A stretch of 60,478 nt of DNA, the filler included. It is 7 parts of 7 records of this genome, joined end to end, with 100 filler letters (N's around TTAATTAATTAA, not from the genome) between each part and the next. Parts side by side here need not be neighbours in the genome. Positions count along the whole stretch, not along the records: positions 28,594 to 48,447 come from SRR31156797_16208; 6 more parts are not named here. One strand, written 5' to 3'. Positions 28,792-39,633 of the stretch are shown in pieces. Position 1 is the first letter of the stretch. Every line of letters begins with the position of its first letter. The translations under genes and the position numbers were made by a program. Under the pieces are notes generated by a model that saw only the letters and a list, made by a program, of their open reading frames with translations, ran no database searches and had not been told where the DNA came from.

Positions 28792-30252
28792 CTATTCATA
28801 AGAAGACTTTAACCTATATACTTTTATAGACCCTCTCTCAAGCAACAATTGATCAAGATATTTATTTAACTCTTTATTTTTTTTCATCAAATCCATGCTA
28901 GTATAAATATACTGTGCCCCGTCTATAATCATTTTAGACAACATTTCAGGAGTTAAATTATCTCCATCAAAGACCCAACCTTTTTTATCAATATAATATA
29001 AAAATATGAAATGAGAGATATCATTTCCAGCTACAACTAATGCATCATCTGGAACCGCTGAACGCAATTCTTCTTTATGAACTAATAGATCTTTATTAAA
29101 TCCAGGTCTTTCCGGATCCCATCTTACCTCCATCCTTAGATAGCAAGTAAAAGGAGCAACAAGCATAATTCCTATTGTAATATATTTTAAAAAAGCACTT
29201 TTCTGAGTTAATAGATTATATGCCCCATATGGTATTATAATAAATAATAAAGGCATAAAAGGGAAAAAATAATAATCATGTACTTTTTTAATTGCATTAG
29301 CTTCAAACACATAATAAATTAATGCCATCCCCAATAAAGATAAAAGAAGAATCGCTTTATTATCTCTTAACACTTTGTTTTTAAAGCAGAAAAATATACC
29401 AATAATAAGAAAGGGAACAGATGCATAATTCACCAATACTTCAGGTAACACGATTAAAAGGTTATGTTGAATATAATCCAGAATTGTAAGAATTGAAGTA
29501 TCGTTTTCTAGAATTCCCTTTACAACAGGATTACCATGCCAACCGGTAATTACTGTCAAGTACCAAGCAACCGGAAAAATAGCTAATCCAAACACAGAGA
29601 GCATATGGACAAAATTTACCTTTTTGATTCCATGTTTTCTTGCGAGAATTATGAAATACGAAAATGGCACTATGTAGTAGATAATAAAAGGTAACTTAGC
29701 TAAAGTTCCAACGCTTAAAAAAAGTCCTGAAAGTATTAAATTTAATAGCTTTTTATTTCTGTACCATTGAAAAAAGAACGTTAGTGCCCATATAACGCAG
29801 CATAAAGACATGTTATCCGGTAATGGATTGATTGTATAATAATAAAACGCTGGGGAAAAATTTAGGGTCCATGCGCCAATCAGTGCATGCTTTTCGTTTT
29901 TAAAAAGAGCTATGAGAAGTTTATATAAACCCAAAATGGAAAACAATCCAATTAAAAAAGTAAATAAACGTGTGATTATTATATGACTTCCAAAAATCTT
30001 ATATAGAAGTGCTATGATCCACTGATAAATAGGAAACTCCATTCTAAATATTCCATCTGAATTTCCACGATCATTCTTTCGTGGATTTAATATGTTCATA
30101 TCCTCTTCATAAAAATTATCTATGGTGGATTGGGTTTGGGTTTGTCTCCATACATGTACACTCATTAAATCTTTATTAAAATGCTCCAGATGCATAAGTG
30201 TGCTAATAATTATAATTAACAGCAGGATTGAGTATTTGAGTGATTTGGACAT
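28792..30252 (-). CDS. ArnT/PMT-family (GT-C) membrane glycosyltransferase
   Basis: HVWRQTQT, RMEFPIY, PLPDN, LAKLP, HDYY motifs; many TM helices. Confidence 0.8.
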   Translation of the reverse strand: MSKSLKYSILLLIIIISTLMHLEHFNKDLMSVHVWRQTQTQSTIDNFYEEDMNILNPRKNDRGNSDGIFRMEFPIYQWIIALLYKIFGSHIIITRLFTFLIGLFSILGLYKLLIALFKNEKHALIGAWTLNFSPAFYYYTINPLPDNMSLCCVIWALTFFFQWYRNKKLLNLILSGLFLSVGTLAKLPFIIYYIVPFSYFIILARKHGIKKVNFVHMLSVFGLAIFPVAWYLTVITGWHGNPVVKGILENDTSILTILDYIQHNLLIVLPEVLVNYASVPFLIIGIFFCFKNKVLRDNKAILLLSLLGMALIYYVFEANAIKKVHDYYFFPFMPLLFIIIPYGAYNLLTQKSAFLKYITIGIMLVAPFTCYLRMEVRWDPERPGFNKDLLVHKEELRSAVPDDALVVAGNDISHFIFLYYIDKKGWVFDGDNLTPEMLSKMIIDGAQYIYTSMDLMKKNKELNKYLDQLLLERGSIKVYRLKSSYE

Positions 30253-30433
30253 AGTGTAAGATTATCAGTATTATTTTGCGACAAAAATATGATAAATCAA
30301 TACATTAGCAAATAAACGATTTTGGTTTAATTTTAGTTTTTAATGATTTATGCTTCTTAGTTAAACTATCTTTATTATATATCTGTTTTTTATTTACGTT
30401 TTCTATTAAGTATAAATCTTTATCGGGTTCACA

Positions 30434-31309
30434 ATGAAATCAATTAGTTTGCTCATTGGTGTGCTGTTAATAGCCTCATTTACCATAGCTCAAAAGAATG
30501 AAGTAGCAGAAAAGTACAGACTTTCTGGTAATTATGCACCGCATGTTATTAATAATTATGTAGTTACTTATCAAGATGGAGTAACCCGTATTCTGAATAA
30601 GGATTCTGGTGAATTTCTGAAAGATGAGTACCAATATTTTGGAACAGATAATAATGATTTTTGGGGTTTGAAGGATGGATTTTGGTGTTTTGGAACTTGT
30701 GATAGTGCCATTGTAAGTGTGCAAATTCCTCAAGATAAAATCGAGAGCCTTGAATCGTTAGGTTCAAGTTTTTATATAACTAGTAGCAAAGACAAAAAGC
30801 TCATCCTATATGCAGATCCATGGAAGAAAGCTTATAAAATTACTGAAGCGGAACCATTTAAGTCTGTGCTTTGCCACGAATTTGAACAAACGGTTATGGT
30901 TTCTAAGAATTTTGCAGATGACAGTTTGAAGTTTGGTTGCTTATCGCTTGAAACCGGAGAATTTATTTCTGAATTCTTTGTTGACTCTGTTATTACCTGC
31001 CCACGTGTTTTTAATGAAGTTGGAATGATGAAAAAAGATGGTAAATATCTCTTTTATGATTTTATTTCCAGTCAACCATATGGCAAAGAATATATTGCAT
31101 ATAAAAGAGTTCCAATTTATAATACTGTGATGGTATTTTACGATAATGGTGTTGAACTTATAGAAAATAAAAAGATTTCAAGCTTTGATATAGGTCGAAT
31201 CAAGTCTGTTGATTTTGAATCGGTCGGTGATTTTGTTTATGCTAACATCAAATCAGATAAAGGGGAATTTAAAATTGATATTTGGGAAAAGAGAATAATC
31301 AATGATTAA
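30434..31309 (+). CDS. Hypothetical secreted protein
   Basis: 291-aa ORF with signal peptide ending TIA-Q. Confidence 0.65.
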   Translation: MKSISLLIGVLLIASFTIAQKNEVAEKYRLSGNYAPHVINNYVVTYQDGVTRILNKDSGEFLKDEYQYFGTDNNDFWGLKDGFWCFGTCDSAIVSVQIPQDKIESLESLGSSFYITSSKDKKLILYADPWKKAYKITEAEPFKSVLCHEFEQTVMVSKNFADDSLKFGCLSLETGEFISEFFVDSVITCPRVFNEVGMMKKDGKYLFYDFISSQPYGKEYIAYKRVPIYNTVMVFYDNGVELIENKKISSFDIGRIKSVDFESVGDFVYANIKSDKGEFKIDIWEKRIIND

Positions 31310-31396
31310 TTTTGTTTAGAATTTATCTTCTTTACTTGCTTCCTTAATATTTTGGCTTATTTTCCTAACTTTATAATTGAACTCTAGCTTCAAATT

Positions 31397-32065
31397 ATGG
31401 ATATAACATTAAATAATCTTCTTAAACAATACAATGATACCGACAAGCCGGTATTGAATGATATTTCGATAAAGATTCCCGAAGGTGGAACCTATTCAAT
31501 AGTAGGGCCATCGGGTTCAGGAAAAAGTACACTTTTGAACTTAATTGGGACGCTCGATTTTCCAAACTCAGGTGAGGTTAAATTGGGAAGTATTGTAACT
31601 GCCAATGCAAGTTCCAAAGAGTTGGAGGAGATACGTAATCGAAAAATTGGATTTGTTTTTCAAACCCATATGCTACTGCCGCAATTAACCGTTTTGGAGA
31701 ATATTCTCCTACCGGTTGTGCCTCGTGGTAAAGTACATCAGGAAGGGGCATTGAAACGGGCTAAGGCGCTGCTTAAAGAGGTTGGATTAAGTGACAAAAT
31801 AGATAGTTTTCCCGGTAAAATGTCCATAGGTGAATGTCAACGGGCTGCTGTTGTCCGGAGCTTGATTAATGAACCTGAACTACTATTGGCAGATGAACCC
31901 ACCGGATCGCTTGATCGGGAATCAGCTACAAAATTGACTAATTTGCTCTTAAAGCTCCAAAGTCTGTATAATTTTACGTTGATAACGGTAACGCATTCAT
32001 TGGAGTTGGCAAATCAAATGGGGGTGACTTATAATTTGGTGGATGGTAAAATAACACAAAATTGA
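31397..32065 (+). CDS. ABC transporter ATP-binding protein (LolD/MacB type)
   Basis: GPSGSGKS Walker A, IGFVFQ, MSIGECQR signature, LLADEPTG, VTH. Confidence 0.92.
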   Translation: MDITLNNLLKQYNDTDKPVLNDISIKIPEGGTYSIVGPSGSGKSTLLNLIGTLDFPNSGEVKLGSIVTANASSKELEEIRNRKIGFVFQTHMLLPQLTVLENILLPVVPRGKVHQEGALKRAKALLKEVGLSDKIDSFPGKMSIGECQRAAVVRSLINEPELLLADEPTGSLDRESATKLTNLLLKLQSLYNFTLITVTHSLELANQMGVTYNLVDGKITQN

Positions 32066-32074
32066 TTCAGTCGA

Positions 32075-35000
32075 ATGGGACTTTTTACATATATCATACG
32101 AAGCATTGTCTATTATTTTAAACAGCATCTTGCTTTGTTTTTTGGAGTTGTGATTAGCGCTACCGTGTTAGCAGGAGGATTAATTATCGGGGATTCGGTA
32201 GGTTACAGCCTTAAAAAACTGGTGGATATTCGCCTGGGTAAAACGGATTATGCCGTAATGAGCGGAACACGCTTTATTGATACAAAGCTGGCTCATAAAA
32301 TTTCGGACGAATTACAAGTACCAACTGCACCATTGCTGATGTTAAAAGGAATTGTCACGGAATCTATATCCGGGCAAAGAGTAAACAATACAGGCATAAT
32401 TGGTATAGATAGCGCCTTTTCTTCCATTTGCTATGCAACTTTTCCTGTTCCTAAAAATGATGAGGCTGTAGTTAGCAATACTCTGGCCAAACGTATGAAT
32501 TTGAAGGTCGGAGATATGTTACTGTTGCGTGTGGAAAGTGCAAATCGTATTCCCATAAATGCTCCATTTGCAAAAGAACCAAATCCTACGGTTGCCATTC
32601 GAGTTACGATAAGTGGAATTGCAAATGATGATCAGCTTGCACGATTAAACCTCCAAAACGACCAAACGGTTCCTTATAATGTGTTTGTTGCCAATGAATT
32701 TCTGTCAAATAGGCTGGACCTTTCCGGATTGTCCAATACTATTCTTGTGGCGGGATTAAATGATGATCTGGATAAAAACAAGATTCAAGAAGCAATACAA
32801 AAACAGTGGTCGTTGAAAGACATGGGGTTGCAAATTGAAAATTATGATAATAATACTTTCGATTTGACCTCCAACCGTGTATTTATTGATACCGTTGTGC
32901 AATCGAAAGTTGAGCTGGCAGAGTTTCCGCAACAGCAAATTATCACGTATTTGATTAACGATATAAAATTAAACGATCAACATACACCTTATTCATTTGC
33001 ATCTGCTGTTTCTGCCAGTATAGCTGGAACGGAACTTAATGACGATCAGGTATTAATAAATCGCTGGATTGCTGATGATTTGAATGCCAATCCTGGTGAT
33101 ACTCTTCAACTTACTTATTTTGAAATTGGACAACTGAGAGATTTAAAAGAGGTGAGTCATAAATTTGTGGTGAAAGGAATTATCCCTATTACTTCAGCAG
33201 ATATAAACAGCACTTTGATGCCAGATTTTGAGGGGTTTTCTGAAGCTGGAAGCTGCAGCGATTGGGATGCAGGAGTACCTATAGATTTTAAACGCATACG
33301 TGATAAAGATGAGGACTATTGGGATCAATATAAAGGAACACCTAAAGTTATTTTACCCCTTTCTGCGGGTAAACAATTATGGGCAAATCAATTTGGATCA
33401 CTTACAGCCATTCGTTTCAATAGCTCAGAAGTTAATAAAGTCCAATTAAAATCAGCCATACTTGAAGTGACAGCACCATTGGATGTGGGAATTAACGTGA
33501 TCAATGTAAGAAAACAGGGTACTAAAGCAGCTGATAATGCGGTTAACTTTACCGAGTTGTTCTTAAGTATGAGCTTTTTCATTATTGTGGCAGGTATTCT
33601 ACTTACAATATTAATTTATTCATTGCATTTTCAACGAAGAAGTAAGGAGACTGCTTTACTAAACAGCATGGGATTTAGTGTGCGAAAAATTTTGAAAATT
33701 CGAATTTCAGAATCGCTTTTGATAATTATACTTGGGAGTGTGGCAGGAACTTTTATTGGTTTAGTCTATAACAGAGGATTGATTGCTGCGCTCAATACAT
33801 TGTGGAATGATATTGTGCGGACCGATGTATTGCTTGTGCATATTGAACCGGGGACGCTTGTTCTCAGTATTATTATCAGTATCATAATTGCTTTGATACC
33901 CATCTATTTTGTTACAACCAAACAGTTGAAAAAATCCATTGCCGGACAGTTGAAAGATGATCGTATTGTGAGTAAACAGTCGGATCGAAAAGGCAAGCGG
34001 AGGATCGTTTTTGGAATTGCAATGTTGGCTTTGGCAGTGTTGTTGGTGGGTTATTCATTGGCTATAGGCGCATTTAACGATGCAGTGCTATATTTAAGTG
34101 CAGCCTCTTTGGTACTTTTGGGAGGATTAGGTCTGAGTAGTGGCCTTTTAAAGAAGCCTTTTGCTGGTCAAAAACATCCCATTCCATCAATGGGAAAACT
34201 GGCTTTGAAAAACATGCAGCGCAATCCGGGTAGAACCCTGACAGTTATTATTTTGCTTGCCATCGGAACTTTTACTGTGGTAATTACGGGTGCAAACCGA
34301 AAAACCTTTTACGGAACTGAAAATAACCGATCTTCAGGAACAGGAGGTTACCTGCTTTGGGCAGAAACTACAAGTCCTGTTGCATTTGATTTGAACAGCC
34401 AAAAAGCACAGGAACGATTGCTGTATGATAGCATTGAGCAGTTGAAAAATGTGCAGTTTTTGCAGTTTAGCAGGTTGGAAGGAGACGAAGCAAGCTGTCA
34501 TAACCTCAATCAAGTGCAGCGTCCGCGCCTTTTGGCTATAGAACCGCAAAAGTTTGATGCTGTGGGCGCTTTTACTTTTGTAGATCAACTTTCATTTATT
34601 TCCAACGAAAATCCGTGGTTAAGTCTTGATAAAACATTAGACGATTCTACCTATGTAGCTTATGTGGATCAGACCGTATTGACATATAGTTTGCAGAAAA
34701 AGTTGGGAGATACGCTTATCTATTCCAATGAGTTTGGAGAACCTTTCAGGTTGGTATTGGCTGGAGCACTCAATAATACAATATTCCAGGGAAATATTTT
34801 GGTGTCGAAAGAGATTCTTAGAGAGCAATTTCCGGGATTAGGCGGTACAAAAACTATTTTGGTGGATGCACCACGTGAAAAACAGGAATCTGTTGCTAAG
34901 ATTTTATCGGAAAGTATGGTTGACTATGGAATTGATGTAACACCAACCAGTGAGCGACTAGCTAACTTTTACAGTGTAACCAATACCTACCTTTCTATTT

Positions 35001-35365
35001 TTATGGCATTAAGCGGTTTGGGTTTCCTCATTGGAACTATTGGCCTTGGAATAATTTTGTTGCGCAACTTGCAGGAGCGACGAAAAGAGTTGGCATTGCT
35101 ATTGGCGACAGGTTATAGTAAGCGCATGATTTTTAAAATTGTATACATTGAAAATTTACTTGTGCTTCTTATAGGAATAGCCATTGGAATTGTAGCTGCA
35201 TTCATTGGCATATTACCTTCGTTATTGTCCCCAGTATTTAATATTGAAGGATTGTTTTTAATGTCACTCATTGCAGGAATTATAGTGAGTGGGTTAGCAT
35301 GGATTTATTTCCCATTGCGATCAGCTTTGAGAAAACCATTGATACCCTCATTGAGGAATGAGTAA
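32075..35365 (+). CDS. ABC transporter permease, double FtsX/MacB-type
   Basis: Two repeats of TM, large periplasmic domain, three TM; RSKETALL..MGFS and ERRKELALLLATGYS motifs. Confidence 0.85.
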   Translation: MGLFTYIIRSIVYYFKQHLALFFGVVISATVLAGGLIIGDSVGYSLKKLVDIRLGKTDYAVMSGTRFIDTKLAHKISDELQVPTAPLLMLKGIVTESISGQRVNNTGIIGIDSAFSSICYATFPVPKNDEAVVSNTLAKRMNLKVGDMLLLRVESANRIPINAPFAKEPNPTVAIRVTISGIANDDQLARLNLQNDQTVPYNVFVANEFLSNRLDLSGLSNTILVAGLNDDLDKNKIQEAIQKQWSLKDMGLQIENYDNNTFDLTSNRVFIDTVVQSKVELAEFPQQQIITYLINDIKLNDQHTPYSFASAVSASIAGTELNDDQVLINRWIADDLNANPGDTLQLTYFEIGQLRDLKEVSHKFVVKGIIPITSADINSTLMPDFEGFSEAGSCSDWDAGVPIDFKRIRDKDEDYWDQYKGTPKVILPLSAGKQLWANQFGSLTAIRFNSSEVNKVQLKSAILEVTAPLDVGINVINVRKQGTKAADNAVNFTELFLSMSFFIIVAGILLTILIYSLHFQRRSKETALLNSMGFSVRKILKIRISESLLIIILGSVAGTFIGLVYNRGLIAALNTLWNDIVRTDVLLVHIEPGTLVLSIIISIIIALIPIYFVTTKQLKKSIAGQLKDDRIVSKQSDRKGKRRIVFGIAMLALAVLLVGYSLAIGAFNDAVLYLSAASLVLLGGLGLSSGLLKKPFAGQKHPIPSMGKLALKNMQRNPGRTLTVIILLAIGTFTVVITGANRKTFYGTENNRSSGTGGYLLWAETTSPVAFDLNSQKAQERLLYDSIEQLKNVQFLQFSRLEGDEASCHNLNQVQRPRLLAIEPQKFDAVGAFTFVDQLSFISNENPWLSLDKTLDDSTYVAYVDQTVLTYSLQKKLGDTLIYSNEFGEPFRLVLAGALNNTIFQGNILVSKEILREQFPGLGGTKTILVDAPREKQESVAKILSESMVDYGIDVTPTSERLANFYSVTNTYLSIFMALSGLGFLIGTIGLGIILLRNLQERRKELALLLATGYSKRMIFKIVYIENLLVLLIGIAIGIVAAFIGILPSLLSPVFNIEGLFLMSLIAGIIVSGLAWIYFPLRSALRKPLIPSLRNE

Positions 35366-35370
35366 ACAAA

Positions 35371-36660
35371 TTATTTTTCGCTTACTTCCCGATACACATC
35401 AATTAAGCCTTTGGCTAATTCATGAATATCGAGATGGTTTTCGGCACCTTTTCTGGCATCCTCGCTGAGTTGTTTTAATTTATCCTTGTTGTCAAGTAAT
35501 GATTTAAGCGATTCTGCAAGCGCTTCTGGTGTGTTTTTTTCATAAATAAGTCCACCACCGGTTTTATTGATAACTTCAGGAAATGCCCCTAGAGGCGGTT
35601 GCACCACTGGAATACCCGATGCTAATGATTCGGCAATGTAAATTCCAAAAGCCTCACCGTTTCGAACAGGTACTGAAATCATAGATGTTTTGGCGAAAAA
35701 CTCCTGACGACCTTCTCCATTAAAATCTTTATGATAATCTACTGATGAAAGCAAATTGTGCTTTTGAAGTTTCTTTTTATTCTGTTTTAAGAACTTTTTA
35801 TCATCGCCAGTATGACCTCCTGTTAGAATGAGTTTTACATCTTCGTATCCTTTATCTTTTTTCAACAAAATGAAAGCATCGACAAGTATATCCATTCCAT
35901 TTTCATGACACATGCGTGAAATATATCCAATAGTACGTTCTTTTTCACTGGAATTGATGTACTGGTATTCTTTCGGATCAACCCCGATATGGATGCTTGA
36001 TATTTTGTCCTCTGAGAGATTCATTTTGCTGTGAATTAGTTCTTTGAAGTAGTCGCTAACAGAAATGAACCGATCCACATAAGCTGCATTTTCTTCCATA
36101 AGTTTCCATACCGTATCACGACTTTTATCACTCATTACATCAACCCAAACATCTTCGTCTTGCAGTGTGCAAACTACGGGGGCTTTTAATTTTTCTTTTA
36201 GTTTTTTTGATAACCCAAGTAACAAAGCATTGGAAAGGTGAATGGCATCTGGTTTAAAGTTTTCCAATAACCAGTCAGTCATATGTTCAAGTTCATCATG
36301 TTGTTTTCCTTTTTCTCCCTCAAGCATTGATATGGTCATCTCTTCCAGACCTTTGGCACGTGTACTTCCTGCTTGTGATGCTGCTAATTTCAGCATTGGT
36401 TTTGAATTGAGTAGTCGATCAACCCATTTTGGTGCTTTCCTGAAGATGGGCACCATTTGTTTGAGGTAAATACTAACAGCCCCATAAAAAACAGGTACTT
36501 CACCCAAATCTTCTTCATTTTCGAATAATGGAAGATACATTGGGACTTTTATTACATCAACTCCCATATCACGCAGGGCATCAAAATATTTACTATCGCG
36601 CAGGCAATTGCCGCAGTAGAAACTTCCTCCAGATCCGGGTATGATATGTATTACTTTCAT
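35371..36660 (-). CDS. GT4 glycosyltransferase with N-terminal CxxC
   Basis: EAFGIYIAESLASGIPVV (Ex7E) motif, GAFPEVI; N-terminal GSFYCGNCLRD. Confidence 0.85.
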   Translation of the reverse strand: MKVIHIIPGSGGSFYCGNCLRDSKYFDALRDMGVDVIKVPMYLPLFENEEDLGEVPVFYGAVSIYLKQMVPIFRKAPKWVDRLLNSKPMLKLAASQAGSTRAKGLEEMTISMLEGEKGKQHDELEHMTDWLLENFKPDAIHLSNALLLGLSKKLKEKLKAPVVCTLQDEDVWVDVMSDKSRDTVWKLMEENAAYVDRFISVSDYFKELIHSKMNLSEDKISSIHIGVDPKEYQYINSSEKERTIGYISRMCHENGMDILVDAFILLKKDKGYEDVKLILTGGHTGDDKKFLKQNKKKLQKHNLLSSVDYHKDFNGEGRQEFFAKTSMISVPVRNGEAFGIYIAESLASGIPVVQPPLGAFPEVINKTGGGLIYEKNTPEALAESLKSLLDNKDKLKQLSEDARKGAENHLDIHELAKGLIDVYREVSEK

Positions 36661-36826
36661 TGTATATTTTTCTTTTTACTTCAATTCAAATTAAACTGTA
36701 AATTTTTTAGAACGCGGATTATACGGATTATATAACTCTTCGATTTATACGAAACAGATAAAAACTATTATTCTGTTCAATTTTAAATTTACTACTATTT
36801 AAAGAATTTAAGCTATTTATAACTTA

Positions 36827-37939
36827 TTACTCTAAATCAATTCCAAAAACATGTCCATCTTCTGTGGCAATTACCATTAATCCTTCGACAATAGCAGGTG
36901 TACTGCTTGAGGCATTACCCATGTCGTAGGCCCAGACTTTTTCACCGTCATCAACATTCAAAACGTATATTCTTCCATCGCCACAAGCAATGGCTACTTT
37001 GTCTTTGGCTATAACAGGTGAACCTGCAAATCGTCCCAAAGTTTTGTGATTCCACAATAATGTTCCATCTTTTTTATTGAAACAATAAATTCTGTGATTC
37101 TCTGAACCTATAATTACTTTTGAGCCTGATACGGCAGGGGAGGCTATAAACGATCCACCACCTTTGTTCTTCCATTTCACGTCTTGGGTTTGATAATCCA
37201 CACAAGCAAAAATACCTTCATAATCTCCAAAATATGCCAGATTGCCATTCAGCGTAGCTGATGAGGCGATGTAGGTGCTCATATTCATTTTGTGTTTTAG
37301 TTTCCCCGTTTTCAAATTAACCACATGTAAATGACCGTCGCATCCTCCAAAAGCAGTATAATTTCCGGCTACGGCTGCAGCGGAATGTACATAGTTGTCA
37401 GAGGTATATTTCCACTCAGGTTTCCCCGTTACACCATCTACGCAATGTAAGGCATAGTCGTAACTGCCTATGATTATTTTCAGGTTTTTATTTGAATAAA
37501 AAAAGTTGGGCGAACCCATTATTCTGCCATCTGTTTGATATTTCCATTTTTGAGTTCCTGTTTTTGCATCTAGCGAAAAAAGTTCACCTTCCATTGTACC
37601 AAAATAGATATGGTTTTGATGATAAAGTGGAGCTCCTTCGATAGTGTTTTTTGATTCAAATTTCCAAATAGCTTTTCCTTGAAAATCAAGGCAATACAAA
37701 GTTCCTTCTTCTGAACCAATGAATATCTTTTTGTCGGCAATTACAGGTGAGGATTTTGTGCCGCTTGCCATTTTTGATATCCACAATACTTTTGGAGCGT
37801 CTGGTATTTCAATGTTGGTATGGCCTTTTAAACCTGGATCACCACGATAAATGGGCCACTGGTTATCTGTTTGGGCATTTACCATTGATAATAAAACCAG
37901 GAGTATGAATAAAAGAATTGTGTATGATTTGATATGCAT
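36827..37939 (-). CDS. PQQ-like/BamB-like beta-propeller protein, secreted
   Basis: Signal peptide; WPIYRG; repeated SSP...LxALDxxTGxxxW-type blades. Confidence 0.85.
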   Translation of the reverse strand: MHIKSYTILLFILLVLLSMVNAQTDNQWPIYRGDPGLKGHTNIEIPDAPKVLWISKMASGTKSSPVIADKKIFIGSEEGTLYCLDFQGKAIWKFESKNTIEGAPLYHQNHIYFGTMEGELFSLDAKTGTQKWKYQTDGRIMGSPNFFYSNKNLKIIIGSYDYALHCVDGVTGKPEWKYTSDNYVHSAAAVAGNYTAFGGCDGHLHVVNLKTGKLKHKMNMSTYIASSATLNGNLAYFGDYEGIFACVDYQTQDVKWKNKGGGSFIASPAVSGSKVIIGSENHRIYCFNKKDGTLLWNHKTLGRFAGSPVIAKDKVAIACGDGRIYVLNVDDGEKVWAYDMGNASSSTPAIVEGLMVIATEDGHVFGIDLE

Positions 37940-37975
37940 TGCTTGTTTTAATTATTGGTAGTTATATGTGATTTA

Positions 37976-38028
37976 AGAATACAGAATTTAGAATATATTG
38001 ATATTCTATCTTCTGTCTTCTGTCTTCT
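37976..38028. repeat. Inverted heptamer-repeat hairpin
   Basis: AGAATAC AGAATTT AGAATAT / ATATTCT ATCTTCT GTCTTCT GTCTTCT. Confidence 0.7.
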
Positions 38029-38060
38029 ATTTTTTATACTCCATTGTAATATTAATTTCA

Positions 38061-39632
38061 TTATTCTTTGGTTTTTAGTGAAATGGCTCCTGTTGGACAT
38101 GCATCAGCACATTTTACTGCTGTATGGGTTAAACTTTCACTAAATACACTTCCCAGTGGTGTGTTGATTTTAACATCTATGCCTCTACCTTCAAAAGCTA
38201 AACCAAATTTTTCATCTTCCCTGTTGCTAATCTCCACACAAAGACCGCATTTGATGCACTTCTCAGGTTCGTATATAACCAGATCATGTTGTATTTGTTT
38301 GGTCATGTATTTTCGTTCACCAATTTTATAACACTTACCGTCAATGCTATATTCTTCAGCGTAGTCGCGTAATTTGCAATTGTCTTTTTTGCGACAATCG
38401 CAATGCATACAGCGCTCTGCTTCTTTGATGGCTTCTTCGCTTGTAAAACCTACTTGCGGATTTACTTTTGGTTCAATTCGCTTGATATCAGTAGCTTCTT
38501 TGAGGTATTCCTGCAACTCATTATCAAGTAACTTGTTGAAACGAGAATTAAATTTCGGTTTTGGTTTTTCCCATTGTTGACTTTGCAAATAGAAATGTAC
38601 AGACATGGCCGCTGCTTTTGCCTGTGCTGTGCTTCGAATAGCCATTTTTTGAGGTTTTATTGCACTTCCACATATAAATACTCCTTCTATGGAAGTGGAC
38701 ATGTTTTTGGCGTTTACCTCAATACCTGTTTGTGATTGATTAAAAAGATCAACTAAACTATTATCAGTATGAATATCTCCAGTGGCTATAATTATTGCAT
38801 TAAATTCAGGTTGAATTTTTTGAGTAAAAATTTCTTTTGTAATGAGGGTGTTGTATTGAAATATTACTCCCAATGATTCAATTATAGCCGTTTCATTATC
38901 AATTACTTCACAGGGTAAGTCTTCCTCAGAAATTACACTTCTGATTGTTCCGCCTGATATATTAGATTTTTCAAAAACAGTGCATGCATGACCAAGATTT
39001 TGCAAATAATAGGCAGCTGTTAAGCCTGCCGGGCCACTTCCAATAATAGCTACTTTTTTCCCAGATGATTTAACTTTTTCTTTGTTTTCAATTGTTTTTT
39101 CTTCGATTCCTTCTGCTGCTGCAAATCTTTTAAGTAAGCAAATCGCCACTGGCTCGTCCACTTGTTTGCGACGACATGCATTTTCGCAAGGAGCAGGACA
39201 TATGTAACCAAGAATATGTGGCAGGGCAATATCTTTTTTAACTACTTTTAATGCCTCTTCAAATTTACCTGCAGCTATTAATCGATTCATTAGTGGAATA
39301 TCCATTCCGGCAGGACAGGCAATGGTGCAAGGTGCTTCACAATCTCCTACATGGTCGCTCAATAGCATTTCTAATGCTTGTTTACGGGCTTTTTTAACTT
39401 CGTTGCTACTTGTGTCAATTTGCATTCCCTCAGTAACTTGCAGCGAGCATGAAGCTACCAGTGTATCTCTGCTTTTATCTTTTACTAAACACACCATACA
39501 ACTGGGATGATTGGTATAGCCTTTCATGTAGCACATCGAAGGAATGTGTATTTCACAAGCTCGTGCAGCTTCAAGAACGGTAGTTCCGGCTTCTACTTCT
39601 ATGTTGATATGGTCTATTGTGAGTTTTATCAT
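38061..39632 (-). CDS. Fe-S flavoprotein: NuoG/HydA-like [2Fe-2S] N-terminus, GltD-like Fe-S/FAD domain, C-terminal [4Fe-4S]
   Basis: IPSMC..SCMVC..ASC; DCEAPC..ACP; GYICPAPCENAC; VAIIGSGPAGL; ERCMHCDC; CIKCGLC...CPTGAI; no H-cluster or Mo domain. Confidence 0.85.
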   Translation of the reverse strand: MIKLTIDHINIEVEAGTTVLEAARACEIHIPSMCYMKGYTNHPSCMVCLVKDKSRDTLVASCSLQVTEGMQIDTSSNEVKKARKQALEMLLSDHVGDCEAPCTIACPAGMDIPLMNRLIAAGKFEEALKVVKKDIALPHILGYICPAPCENACRRKQVDEPVAICLLKRFAAAEGIEEKTIENKEKVKSSGKKVAIIGSGPAGLTAAYYLQNLGHACTVFEKSNISGGTIRSVISEEDLPCEVIDNETAIIESLGVIFQYNTLITKEIFTQKIQPEFNAIIIATGDIHTDNSLVDLFNQSQTGIEVNAKNMSTSIEGVFICGSAIKPQKMAIRSTAQAKAAAMSVHFYLQSQQWEKPKPKFNSRFNKLLDNELQEYLKEATDIKRIEPKVNPQVGFTSEEAIKEAERCMHCDCRKKDNCKLRDYAEEYSIDGKCYKIGERKYMTKQIQHDLVIYEPEKCIKCGLCVEISNREDEKFGLAFEGRGIDVKINTPLGSVFSESLTHTAVKCADACPTGAISLKTKE

Positions 39633-39633
39633 G

